Positions 9,036-18,106 of a DNA stretch of 64,000 nucleotides are shown one piece after another. Under the pieces are notes generated by a model. It made no database searches. It saw only the letters and a list, made by a program, of their open reading frames with translations, and was not told the DNA's origin. The translations under genes were made by a program, and so were the position numbers. Every line of letters begins with the position of its first letter. Positions within the stretch are counted from its first letter, which is position 1. The stretch is from Spirochaetia bacterium (GTDB lineage: Bacteria; Spirochaetota; Spirochaetia; UBA9216). The stretch lies in NCBI GenBank assembly GCA_963677925.2, contig CAXXYH010000003.1, forward strand, positions 640,001 to 704,000, written 5' to 3'.

Positions 9036-10170
9036 CTCCGTAGGCGAAGGCTTTATTACCGCGGCTGTCAAGCAGGTATGAATCCGGGTGCTGGATGTCA
9101 GTGCTGCCCTCTTTCAGTTTGAAGAAATAAACCTCTTCAACATCAAGAGAATCAAGGGTATGCATGTAGCCCGGAAGCCTGCTTGCCAGATCGAATTCAG
9201 TTGGATGCCCCAGTTCATCATAGAGCCTTTCGGGCCAGGGACCTCCGAATTCACTCACAATAACAGGAATGTTGTAATCAAGTCCTGAATTCTGAGCTGC
9301 TGTTCTGAAAGCCTGCAGATGCTTTGACCAGTCATCATTATCATCATAGAAATGGATATCAAGCATTTCGACATTCGTGTTCGAAAGTATATTCTCAACA
9401 CGGGCGGTCATCCTGTCCTCCGTCGGCAGGGCTGCGTACTCGGCTACCTGATCTTCAAAAACGGACTGTCCCTCAATGGTAACTTCGGTTACAAGTCCCT
9501 GATCATAGGCAAGCATATGTCTTGCTGAAAAACTTCCGAGAACTATAGTCGGAGTCGAACTGCTGTTTGCAGTACGGTAATTTGTTACTTCCTCTGATAG
9601 AATATTCGTGTATGAAATAAAAGCCTCTTCAGAACCATTTAGATAATCATCGATTTCCCAGTTCCACTCATTGCCAAGCTGAATACGGGCAACCTTGTCA
9701 CCGTAATCAGTAAGAAAATCTGCTATAAGCTGACGGAAGCTGGCAAGCGTGATGCTGTCGTCATGTTCAGAGTCATCGGGCAGCCAGTCCGGCCAGGAAT
9801 GGGTCTCAACAGTCAGAAGAACCTTTATTCCTGCATCGGCAAAGGCATTCAGCCTGTATTCAAGCGCATCCCAGGAATATGAATCCTCTGAGGGTTCCCG
9901 GAATGACCAGTCAAAGCCTATTCTGGCCCAGCTGGTCCCCAGATCGGTCATGGCGGTTATTGATTCCGACACATCGGACTCCGATCTCACATTCGGGAAG
10001 GCAATTCCAACGTCAAGAGAATCAAGGGTGTAATCATAGTCTTCATAAGGGAATTCCTGAGATGTACATGACAGACCTGACAAAACCGTCACAACGATAA
10101 TCAGAATTACGAAGCCTCTTAAAACAAAAGTAATTCTATTATTAATATTCAAATTAGGCTCCATTTTCAT
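9007..10170 (-). CDS. Putative clan-A glycoside hydrolase lipoprotein
   Basis: Lipobox-like GLSC; acid/base motif LGNEWN, LDIHFY, nucleophile motif VSEFG. Start probably 10170 or 10164. Overlaps the convergent hydrolase by 29 nt. Confidence 0.65.
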   Translation of the reverse strand: MKMEPNLNINNRITFVLRGFVILIIVVTVLSGLSCTSQEFPYEDYDYTLDSLDVGIAFPNVRSESDVSESITAMTDLGTSWARIGFDWSFREPSEDSYSWDALEYRLNAFADAGIKVLLTVETHSWPDWLPDDSEHDDSITLASFRQLIADFLTDYGDKVARIQLGNEWNWEIDDYLNGSEEAFISYTNILSEEVTNYRTANSSSTPTIVLGSFSARHMLAYDQGLVTEVTIEGQSVFEDQVAEYAALPTEDRMTARVENILSNTNVEMLDIHFYDDNDDWSKHLQAFRTAAQNSGLDYNIPVIVSEFGGPWPERLYDELGHPTEFDLASRLPGYMHTLDSLDVEEVYFFKLKEGSTDIQHPDSYLLDSRGNKAFAYGVIKRFLSMN

Positions 10171-10263
10171 TACAATAGTTATTGAGAATATAATACTTTT
10201 TGCTTGCAATATCTTACGTATTTTATAATCTTTTAAGAACAATCTTTTTTATGGAGAAAACAG

Positions 10264-11664
10264 ATGGGAAAAAATCTTTTCAATAAAGTATGGGACCTGC
10301 ATAAAATAAAAACACTTGATTCAGGAATGGATCAGCTTTTTATAGGGCTTCACCTTATTCATGAGGTAACCTCACCCCAGGCATTTGCGATGCTTGAAGA
10401 AAGGGGGCTTAAAGTAAAATATCCTGATCGAACATTTGCAACAGTCGACCATATAGTGCCGACAGACAATCAGGCAAGGCCCTTTGCCGATGAACTTGCA
10501 GAGAAAATGATGCAGGCGCTTGAAAAAAATACAAAGGATGCAGGAATACAGTTTTTCTCCCCGACTACAGAGAATCAGGGAATTGTACACATTATAGGAC
10601 CCGAACTTGGACTTACACAGCCGGGAATGACTATAGCCTGCGGAGATTCGCATACATCAACTCACGGAGCCTTCGGTGCAATCGCGTTCGGAGTTGGAAC
10701 CTCTCAGATCCGTGATATTCTTGCAACGCAGACAATGGCTATCACACGTCCGGGAGTAAAACTTATCTATGTAGACGGCAAACTGAAAGACGGTGTTTAT
10801 GCGAAAGACATTATCCTTAAAATAATCAGAGAGCTTGGTGTAAAGGGCGGGCTTGGACTTGCCTACGAATACGGAGGTCCTGCAATCCACGCGTTAAGCA
10901 TGGAAGAAAGAATGACAATATGCAACATGAGTATTGAAGGCGGAGCCAGAGCCGGCTATGTCAACCCGGACAGCATTACCTATGAGTACCTTAAAGGCAG
11001 AAAATATGCCCCGGATGCGGCAAGCTATGCAAAAGCAGAAGCTTACTGGGACAGCCTGAAATCTGATGCCGATGCAGAATATGACGAACGCTGGGATCTT
11101 GATGTTTCAGGGCTCGGCCCGATGGTTACCTGGGGAATAAATCCCGGTCAGAGTGTTGAAGTTGATGAAAAGATGCCGGCTCTCGATTCATTCTCTCCTG
11201 AAGAGCGTGATACAGCAAGGCAGGCTTATGCGCATATGGACTTTAAAGAGAACGAGCAGATACTCGGAAAGAAGATAGATGTAGCCTTTATAGGCTCCTG
11301 TACAAACGGACGAATATCAGATCTCCGTGAAGCAGCATCGGTTGTAAAGGGAAAGCGGGTCAATTCCGATGTAAAGGCTCTGGTTGTTCCAGGCTCCAAA
11401 CAGGTTGCAAAGCAGGCGGAAGCTGAGGGCCTTGACCGGATCTTTTCCGAAGCCGGCTTTCAGTGGAGAAATGCCGGATGTTCCATGTGTCTTGCAATGA
11501 ATGCCGACAAACTTTCCGGACGCCAGCTGTCGGCTTCCTCATCAAACCGTAACTTTATCGGCCGTCAGGGCTCCCCTACCGGAAGGACTCTGCTTATGAG
11601 CCCGGCAATGGTAGCAGCTGCCGCACTGAATGGAAAAGTTACTGATATCAGAGAATATAAATAA
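10264..11664 (+). CDS. leuC: 3-isopropylmalate dehydratase large subunit
   Basis: [48 protein letters not shown]. Confidence 0.96.
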   Translation: MGKNLFNKVWDLHKIKTLDSGMDQLFIGLHLIHEVTSPQAFAMLEERGLKVKYPDRTFATVDHIVPTDNQARPFADELAEKMMQALEKNTKDAGIQFFSPTTENQGIVHIIGPELGLTQPGMTIACGDSHTSTHGAFGAIAFGVGTSQIRDILATQTMAITRPGVKLIYVDGKLKDGVYAKDIILKIIRELGVKGGLGLAYEYGGPAIHALSMEERMTICNMSIEGGARAGYVNPDSITYEYLKGRKYAPDAASYAKAEAYWDSLKSDADAEYDERWDLDVSGLGPMVTWGINPGQSVEVDEKMPALDSFSPEERDTARQAYAHMDFKENEQILGKKIDVAFIGSCTNGRISDLREAASVVKGKRVNSDVKALVVPGSKQVAKQAEAEGLDRIFSEAGFQWRNAGCSMCLAMNADKLSGRQLSASSSNRNFIGRQGSPTGRTLLMSPAMVAAAALNGKVTDIREYK

Positions 11665-11671
11665 GGGGAAG

Positions 11672-12286
11672 ATGATGGTTAACGAAGCAATGGTAATAAA
11701 AGAATTAAGCGGAAAAACCGTAACAGTCAGGGGCAACGATATCGACACCGACCGGATCATCCCTGCGCGTTTCATGAAAGTTGTAACCTTTGACGGACTT
11801 GGAGAATTTGCCTTTCAGGATGAGCGTTTTGATCAGGAAGGCAATAAAAAGAAGCACCCCTTCAATGAAGAAGCATATACCGATGCCGAAATACTCATAG
11901 TGAATAAAAATTTCGGCTGCGGTTCATCCCGAGAACATGCCCCTCAAGCTCTTAACCGCTGGGGAATAAAAGCCGTTGTCGGCGAATCATATGCCGAGAT
12001 ATTTGCAGGCAACTGCGGTTCCATGGGAATTCCTGCAGTTACAGCATCTGCAGAGGATATTGAAAAGCTGATGAAGATTTCGGAATCTAATCCTGATGCT
12101 TCAATTACAATCGATCTTGAGAATATGGAAATTACAGCAGGAGATTTGAAGATCAAAACAGGAATGCAGCCTGCGGCGAGATCCGCCTTTCTTGAAGGAA
12201 GCTGGGATTCAACAGCATCACTGCTTGTAAACATGGAGCTTATTGAAAAACGGGCTTCAGAACTTCCTTATATAGCCGGTTATTAA
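11672..12286 (+). CDS. leuD: 3-isopropylmalate dehydratase small subunit
   Basis: DIDTDRIIPARF, NFGCGSSREHAP. Start at ATG 11672 after AAGGGG. Confidence 0.95.
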   Translation: MMVNEAMVIKELSGKTVTVRGNDIDTDRIIPARFMKVVTFDGLGEFAFQDERFDQEGNKKKHPFNEEAYTDAEILIVNKNFGCGSSREHAPQALNRWGIKAVVGESYAEIFAGNCGSMGIPAVTASAEDIEKLMKISESNPDASITIDLENMEITAGDLKIKTGMQPAARSAFLEGSWDSTASLLVNMELIEKRASELPYIAGY

Positions 12287-12308
12287 ACCTGGGAGAGAAT
12301 TAAAACTT

Positions 12309-13481
12309 ATGATAAAACTGGTACTTAAAAAAGGCAGAGAAAAATCTGTCCTGAACCGCCACCCATGGCTGTTTTCCGGTGCTGTTTATGAAATCACCGG
12401 TTCACCCCGAAAAGGGGATATTGCAGCTGTGTATGACAGCAGTAATAATTTTGTAGGTACCGGTTTTATCAACCCGGGCAATTCACTGGTTGTACGCTTT
12501 CTGTCATTTACCGAGGAAGCCATTGACAGCGCCTTCTGGGAGAAACGTATAGACAGTGCGTTAAAGCTGCGTAAACAGCTAATCGGCGAAAAAACAGATT
12601 CATACCGGATAATTCATGGTGAAGGCGATATGATGCCCGGGCTTACAGTTGATAAATACGGTGATTATCTTGCTGTACAGGTTTCAACCAGCGGAATGGA
12701 AAAGGTCAAGGATGAGATTTTTAAAATTCTTCTGGAAAAGACCGGAGCCGCCGGGATCTATGAGAAAAACGATCTGCTTTCCAGAAAGCATGAAAAACTC
12801 CCGCTGTACGAGGCGGTATACTCCGGTGAAATTCCAGAGCAGATCACCATCACTGAAAACAGCTATAAATTCATGGTCAACGTCCGGACCGGGCAGAAGA
12901 CAGGGTTCTTCCTTGATCAGCGTGAAAACCGTAATTTTGTGAGGAAACTGTCAGAAGGCAGGAAGGTCCTTAATGCATGCTCCTACACTGGCGGATTCAC
13001 AGTTTATGCTGCAGCCGGCGGAGCAGAAGAAACCGTCAGTCTTGATATCTCTGCCGAAGCACTAAAGGCTGCGGAAGCCAATATGAAACTTAACGGATTT
13101 GATTCGGAGAATCACCGCTACCTGACCGGCGATGTCTTTGAAAGGCTTAAAACCTTCCGTGATGAGAACTTTGACATGATTATACTTGATCCTCCCGCCT
13201 TTGCGAAAAGCCGGGATGCAATCAAATCAGCGGCAAGAGGCTACAAGGAAATAAATCTGCAGGCTCTGCGGATAATTGCACCCGGAGGAATACTAGTAAC
13301 CTGCTCCTGCTCTCAGCACATTGATGCAGGCTTTTTCCAGAAGATCGTTCATGACGCGGCAAAGGATGCCGGGAGATATCTGAGAATAATTGAAATGCGT
13401 TCACAGGGCTTTGATCATCCGGTGAGCATCAATCATCCTGAAGGTGTGTACCTGAAGTGTCTTGCAGTTTATGTGGAATAA
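12309..13481 (+). CDS. rlmI: Class I SAM-dependent rRNA methyltransferase (RlmI/RlmK-like)
   Basis: PUA-like RHPWLFSG, GQKTGFFLDQRENR, ILDPPAF, TCSCS. Confidence 0.85.
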   Translation: MIKLVLKKGREKSVLNRHPWLFSGAVYEITGSPRKGDIAAVYDSSNNFVGTGFINPGNSLVVRFLSFTEEAIDSAFWEKRIDSALKLRKQLIGEKTDSYRIIHGEGDMMPGLTVDKYGDYLAVQVSTSGMEKVKDEIFKILLEKTGAAGIYEKNDLLSRKHEKLPLYEAVYSGEIPEQITITENSYKFMVNVRTGQKTGFFLDQRENRNFVRKLSEGRKVLNACSYTGGFTVYAAAGGAEETVSLDISAEALKAAEANMKLNGFDSENHRYLTGDVFERLKTFRDENFDMIILDPPAFAKSRDAIKSAARGYKEINLQALRIIAPGGILVTCSCSQHIDAGFFQKIVHDAAKDAGRYLRIIEMRSQGFDHPVSINHPEGVYLKCLAVYVE

Positions 13482-13489
13482 AACAGTAA

Positions 13490-14293
13490 TCAGGGATTTA
13501 TAAGGGCATTGGTCCAGTCGACAAGCTGATGCCCGTCCGGCATGCTGATGCGTATTGATTTTAATCCGATTATATATTCGTCATCGTCTTCTTTAATAAG
13601 ATAAGTTGGTGTATTTGTAAATGTCTCTCCCCACGTACTGGATGAAACAGTACCAGAGAAAACAAGATCCTCACGCTCAATATCTGATGAATCAAGCCAG
13701 ATCATATCAACTTCATAATCACAGTCATTTAGGAAATCCGTGCTTCCGAAATACACGGTTGAATTAATTTCAATAGCGATTTCATTTGAAGCATCGGTCT
13801 CATCGCGAAATTCAATATCTACCATATCATTAAGGTACTTGAATCTGAAAATTGCTGAATTGTAGGAAAATTTAGTTCCTCCGGAAGGCAAAGTACCACC
13901 TGAGGTTATTCCGCCCGTGGTAACTTCGGGATATTCCTGAGTTTCAACAGGTTGGATATACAAAAGGCTGAGATTTACAGTAACTTTTTTCGAATCGACT
14001 ACAACCTCAGTCTCAAGAGAACCGCAGACAGAGTCTGCACTGTCGGTAGCTGTGCAGGTTAGATCATAAGTCCCGTATGGTACATCCTCAATGACATAAT
14101 TCGTTCCGGTCAATTCAACTTCCTCTTCATTGAAATTTAAAAGATAAGTGCGGCTGTCGCTTCCCGGGAAAAGGGTGGTCGAACCATCTTCGGCATAAAC
14201 AAAATTCAGATAAAGAGTACCAAGCAGAGGGGATTCACTGCTGCAGCTGAGAATAAGTAAGGTTGTAACTAATACCGCTAATAACTTTCTCAT
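13490..14293 (-). CDS. Hypothetical acidic lipoprotein with beta-sandwich N-terminal domain
   Basis: Lipobox LILSC; DVPYGTYDLT motif; D/E/S/T-rich. Confidence 0.7.
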   Translation of the reverse strand: MRKLLAVLVTTLLILSCSSESPLLGTLYLNFVYAEDGSTTLFPGSDSRTYLLNFNEEEVELTGTNYVIEDVPYGTYDLTCTATDSADSVCGSLETEVVVDSKKVTVNLSLLYIQPVETQEYPEVTTGGITSGGTLPSGGTKFSYNSAIFRFKYLNDMVDIEFRDETDASNEIAIEINSTVYFGSTDFLNDCDYEVDMIWLDSSDIEREDLVFSGTVSSSTWGETFTNTPTYLIKEDDDEYIIGLKSIRISMPDGHQLVDWTNALINP

Positions 14294-14533
14294 AGTACTA
14301 TCACATTCTTAACTATATTATTTTAAAGACTTTCTAGGATTAATTGCAAATACTATTATAAAAAAATTGCTTTTTTTTCGTACCCGGATACTGATTTATA
14401 ATATTTACATCTAAAAAGCTGTCGATTAAAATTGAAATATAAATTGATCATCAAGATGCACCTCAATGTGTTCTTCATTACTGCCGCGATTAACAGAAAA
14501 CTGAAGGCGGATACAGAAACACGGGAGACAAGC

Positions 14534-15892
14534 ATGAAAATTTATTTTATTAATTCAATCCTATTTTCAGTACTTTTAGTGATTTTCACCGGCAGCTGCA
14601 CCGAGGCACCGGCTGGTCCGGAGGAAGATGTTATAAGCATTGCCTTTGACGGAATCAGCCTGGAAGATTACGGGTCCTACGATTTCGGGGATGTTCCGGT
14701 ATACAGAACGAATACAGTATCAGTTTCTGTCACATACAATGGAGCAGGAATACTTCATATTACTGATGACATCGAAATTAACGGTACCGATGCAGATTTT
14801 TTTATGATATCCGGAGATTCTTCCGTTGAAATAGCTGCAGGCTCAACAGCAGAATTTACTTTATCCGGATACTCCGGTTCTGTTTATGGCATTAAAACAG
14901 CAGTGCTGACCATAAACAGCAGCTATGAGAGCAGTGAGACTTTTTCATGCAACCTAGAACTTAATTCAACACGCAGAGACTGGGTACAGGCTGAAACCGC
15001 CACCTCATGGGAGGGTAAAGTGCTTTCCGGCTGTATAGAGTTTAAGGATAAACTGTGGGTCCTGGGTGATTACACAGACTCAGTTTTTACAAATAACATA
15101 TACTTCAGCTCAGACGGTCAGACATGGGAGCAGGCGGAAGTCACAAGCAGTACCATGTGGGCCGCACGGTATAATTTCGGCTGTACCGTATTCGATGACA
15201 AATTATGGGTTATCGGAGGACAGAATGCAGATTCTACGACAAATTTAAACGATGTCTGGTACAGTGAAACAGGGACAGACTGGCAGGAAGCAGAACAGAC
15301 TTCCCGTGCAATGTGGTCTGTACGCTCCGGATTAGGCTGCGTCACATTTGACAATAAGTTATGGGTGATCGGCGGTTCTAATTCCGCAATCGGGGCGGCA
15401 TACAATGATGTCTGGTTCAGTTCAGACGGCAGCTACTGGACAGAGGCAGTCCCCTCTTCCGGAATAATCTGGGATGAAAGACAATCATTCGGCTGCTCAC
15501 CATTAAATGGCAAAATATATATAGCCGGAGGCATGGGTAGCTTTTCTCCTGGAAGTATGGCAACAACCTATTTCAGCGATGTCTGGTCCAGTGCTGACGG
15601 AATAACCTGGACTCGGCTGAACGCAGATAGTGAATGGGGCGCAAGAGCCTATCTTATGATGAAGCAATATTCCGCGAAATTATGGATAGCCGGAGGCGCC
15701 GGTGAGAATAATACCTCTGCACATAAAGATCTGTGGTACAGCTCAGACGGTATAAGCTGGTATGAATATGATACAGAAAATCACTGGGAAGCCCGGATTG
15801 GACAGTGCGGTACTGTCTATAAGGACAGGCTGTGGATAATGGGAGGATATAACACCGAGGGTAATATGTACACTGACATATGGTACTGGTAA
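14534..15892 (+). CDS. Lipoprotein with Ig-like domain and Kelch-type beta-propeller
   Basis: Start ATG 14534 (GGGAG RBS); lipobox TGSC; YDFGDV Ig-like domain; about six (F/Y)xDKLW(V/I)xGG...DVWxSxDGxxW repeats. Confidence 0.8.
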   Translation: MKIYFINSILFSVLLVIFTGSCTEAPAGPEEDVISIAFDGISLEDYGSYDFGDVPVYRTNTVSVSVTYNGAGILHITDDIEINGTDADFFMISGDSSVEIAAGSTAEFTLSGYSGSVYGIKTAVLTINSSYESSETFSCNLELNSTRRDWVQAETATSWEGKVLSGCIEFKDKLWVLGDYTDSVFTNNIYFSSDGQTWEQAEVTSSTMWAARYNFGCTVFDDKLWVIGGQNADSTTNLNDVWYSETGTDWQEAEQTSRAMWSVRSGLGCVTFDNKLWVIGGSNSAIGAAYNDVWFSSDGSYWTEAVPSSGIIWDERQSFGCSPLNGKIYIAGGMGSFSPGSMATTYFSDVWSSADGITWTRLNADSEWGARAYLMMKQYSAKLWIAGGAGENNTSAHKDLWYSSDGISWYEYDTENHWEARIGQCGTVYKDRLWIMGGYNTEGNMYTDIWYW

Positions 15893-15934
15893 AAACTGAA
15901 TATTGTTTATCTAAAACTCATTTTCGGATATTCT

Positions 15935-16221
15935 TATAGCACAGCTCGGGAATTAATTATACCTCAATACTCAGCGACGGTACGGTAACCGGCTGCAATA
16001 ACAACGGGCCGGCCTTTTACCAGGGGAATATAGCCGACCGTGATTTCAGTAAAATCCGTGAGAATAAATTCAAAATATACCGTTCTCCATTATGGAGAAA
16101 AAGCGGAATATGCACCGACTGTAAGGGATGGGTTTACTGTCTCGGCAACTCTGTTCACCTTCGCAACAGTGCAGATACCGAAGGCCCGGGTTTCTGCTAT
16201 CTGTACAGGATCAGTCCATAA
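15935..16221 (+). pseudogene. Start-less C-terminal remnant of a radical SAM/SPASM protein
   Basis: Frame 15949-16221 reads GINYTSILSDGTVTGCNNNGPAFYQGNIADRDFSKIRENKFKIYRSPLWRKSGICTDCKGWVYCLGNSVHLR...FCYLYRISP*, a SPASM pattern (C...GNI...CxxC-x5-C...C). In-frame TAG at 15937-15939 and no radical SAM core upstream. Confidence 0.7.
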
Positions 16222-16858
16222 AGCTGCATTTATTTTTGAGCAGAACCTTATCACCTTTGACAGCCTGAAAAAGCTCCTCGCAGGTCCCGAAACCGCAGCT
16301 TCCGCAGTTTTTACCCGGCAGCGAAACTTCATTCCGTACCTCAGGAACAGCGAGTCCAGTCATCTGAGAGTTTGAAACCAGACGGTTCAGAATATAGCCT
16401 ATAGTAAATATTGCAGGAACCGTGAGGGCATACCGCAGGGCAGTAAACTGAAGGCCCAGAGATTTTAATTCCATAAAAAGCATTGGGATTTTTATTACAG
16501 CCCAGGAACTGATCAGGATAGTCAGATTACCTACTGAAGCTCCCTTCTTCTTAAGCGAAATACAGACCGGGAAGGCTGCATACACGGGACCCGCAGAGAG
16601 ACTTCCCAGGATGTAAGCAAAAAGAGCTCCTCTGAAACCTGAATCTTCACCAAGATGACGTTTAACAGTTTGTGCAGGAATCCATTCTCCAACAAGAGCA
16701 GAGAGTATAAGAACAAAGGGAAGAATCTGAACCATTTCTTTTAGAAATGAGAGAAGTATCAGAACGCCGCTCTGAGCTCGTTCCCGGTCAAAAATAATAA
16801 CAATAAGCCATAGAACAATTACTGTAATGGTTAGCGGATTGAGTTTTTTCTTTTTCAC
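16211..16858 (-). CDS. DUF318/ArsP-type permease subunit with C-terminal putative Fe-S domain
   Basis: GSLSAGPVYAAFP, WAVIKIPM; C-terminal LPGKNCGSCGFGTC...C matches the RnfB-type FeS motif. Confidence 0.8.
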   Translation of the reverse strand: MKKKKLNPLTITVIVLWLIVIIFDRERAQSGVLILLSFLKEMVQILPFVLILSALVGEWIPAQTVKRHLGEDSGFRGALFAYILGSLSAGPVYAAFPVCISLKKKGASVGNLTILISSWAVIKIPMLFMELKSLGLQFTALRYALTVPAIFTIGYILNRLVSNSQMTGLAVPEVRNEVSLPGKNCGSCGFGTCEELFQAVKGDKVLLKNKCSFMD

Positions 16859-17331
16859 AGAATTACCCCCATTATGAGAGCTATGGAAATTGCAAAAATA
16901 AAACTGATGCTGTTTCTAAGTACAGTATACCTCAGACCGAAATGTCTTTTTTCAAGCGGTGACGTCGCAAGCCCTACCATAGTAAGTGTAGTTATAAACG
17001 CAGCTATAGCAGCCAGCGAGGCTCCTGAAACAACAAGCTGCTTTGCAAGAGGAAAGGCTATTACTCCGGGTAGTATAGTTACAGAGCCTATAACTGCACC
17101 ATAAACTGAAGCCAGCCAGCCCCTGCTGTTACCCAGATATTTTGCAATCTGTTCTTCGGGTAGATAGGCCAGGATAAGCGCAATTAAGGCAAGAAGAGAA
17201 AGCAGTTCAAGGCCCATCCCCTTTCCCATTTTCAGCGACATTTTCAGAGATTTTAACGTTCTGGGTTTTGATTTCAGAGCTGAGATAATCAACCCGATTA
17301 GTGTGAGTCCTATCAGAATATACAGGGTCAT
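16855..17331 (-). CDS. DUF318/ArsP-type permease, small subunit
   Basis: GSVTILPGVIAFPLA, TTLTMVG...E...FG...RN. Start at ATG 17331 (AGGAGG RBS); 4-nt overlap with its partner. Confidence 0.8.
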   Translation of the reverse strand: MTLYILIGLTLIGLIISALKSKPRTLKSLKMSLKMGKGMGLELLSLLALIALILAYLPEEQIAKYLGNSRGWLASVYGAVIGSVTILPGVIAFPLAKQLVVSGASLAAIAAFITTLTMVGLATSPLEKRHFGLRYTVLRNSISFIFAISIALIMGVIL

Positions 17332-17374
17332 TACAATCCTCCTGAAATAAATATACAGTTGAGTTATTTCTATA

Positions 17375-17394
17375 AGTGTAAGATATCTTACACT
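17375..17394. promoter_or_regulatory. Perfect 20-bp palindrome, Crp/Fnr-family operator
   Basis: AGTGTAAGAT-ATCTTACACT, i.e. TGTAA-N6-TTACA, between the divergent permease and Crp/Fnr genes. Confidence 0.8.
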
Positions 17395-17422
17395 ATTTAA
17401 TTTTTCTGTTAAAATATTTGAT

Positions 17423-18097
17423 ATGGATAGAAACAAACAGCTTGAAAATATGGAACTATTTAAAAATATCAGAAAAAGCGATATCCATTCGATATTGTCC
17501 CATCACGGCTGGCATTCAAAAACCTATGATGAGGGAGAATCTATTCACTACCCGCATGAAAAACTGGAATCTCTTATAATACTTGTTTCAGGCGGTGTTG
17601 AAGGAATTGTAATTACCGAAAGCGGCAGAAGACTGACTCTTAACCGGCGAAAGGGTCCTGAGCTATTGGGACTTGCAATGATATTCAGTGATAAAAAGAC
17701 ACTGATGAATATCAAAGCCTTTGAGAAGAGTCAGGTATTAAAATTGAACCGGAATAATTTCATGGAACTGATGAAAAGATATCCGCTTCTGCTGGACAAT
17801 TTTTTACGAATATGTGCCAACCGTTTCAATTATCTTTCTAGCAGACTTGAAATTCTGAGCCTGCATACCATAAAAAAAAAGATTGCCCATTACCTTTTGG
17901 AACTTCACAGTATTCACGGCTGCTCATTCCGGCTTGACAGGACGATATCTGCACTAGCAGCTTATATGGGCGTGGAGCGGCCTTCTCTTTCCACAGCATT
18001 TCATGATATGAAAAAAAAAGGATATTTCGTTTATTCAAACGGGATGGTGAATATTTCTGATATATCTAAATTGGAAACAGAGCTTGAGTCAGATTAA
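17423..18097 (+). CDS. Crp/Fnr family transcriptional regulator (HcpR-like)
   Basis: cNMP-binding-like N-domain; KKIAHYLL; HTH LAAYMGVERPSLS. Confidence 0.85.
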   Translation: MDRNKQLENMELFKNIRKSDIHSILSHHGWHSKTYDEGESIHYPHEKLESLIILVSGGVEGIVITESGRRLTLNRRKGPELLGLAMIFSDKKTLMNIKAFEKSQVLKLNRNNFMELMKRYPLLLDNFLRICANRFNYLSSRLEILSLHTIKKKIAHYLLELHSIHGCSFRLDRTISALAAYMGVERPSLSTAFHDMKKKGYFVYSNGMVNISDISKLETELESD

Positions 18098-18106
18098 ATT
18101 TTATAT

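Noticed and set aside
10171-10263. Leu attenuator or T-box upstream of leuC, and His leader upstream of hisD/hisC
   Set aside because: Leaders are short, with no Leu- or His-rich peptide or terminator/antiterminator structure.
11630-11671. Long 5' extensions of ORF-track calls (leuD, hisD, udg, 14432, 17436, 26487, 28481, 6623)
   Set aside because: They overlap neighbouring genes or promoters; downstream starts have RBSs and family-typical N-termini.
14360-14380. A/T homopolymers as phase-variation tracts (also 17872-17880 and 18011-18019)
   Set aside because: Runs are only 7-9 nt in AT-rich sequence, and reading frames are intact.
16070-16213. Selenocysteine read-through of the permease TGA into a Cys-containing extension
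   Set aside because: The extension is the antisense of the SPASM remnant, the Fe-S motif is complete before the stop, and no convincing SECIS was seen.
16040-16375. ORFs 16040..16375 (+) and 16090..16332 (-)
   Set aside because: Out-of-frame or antisense shadows of the SPASM remnant and permease with no recognisable motifs.
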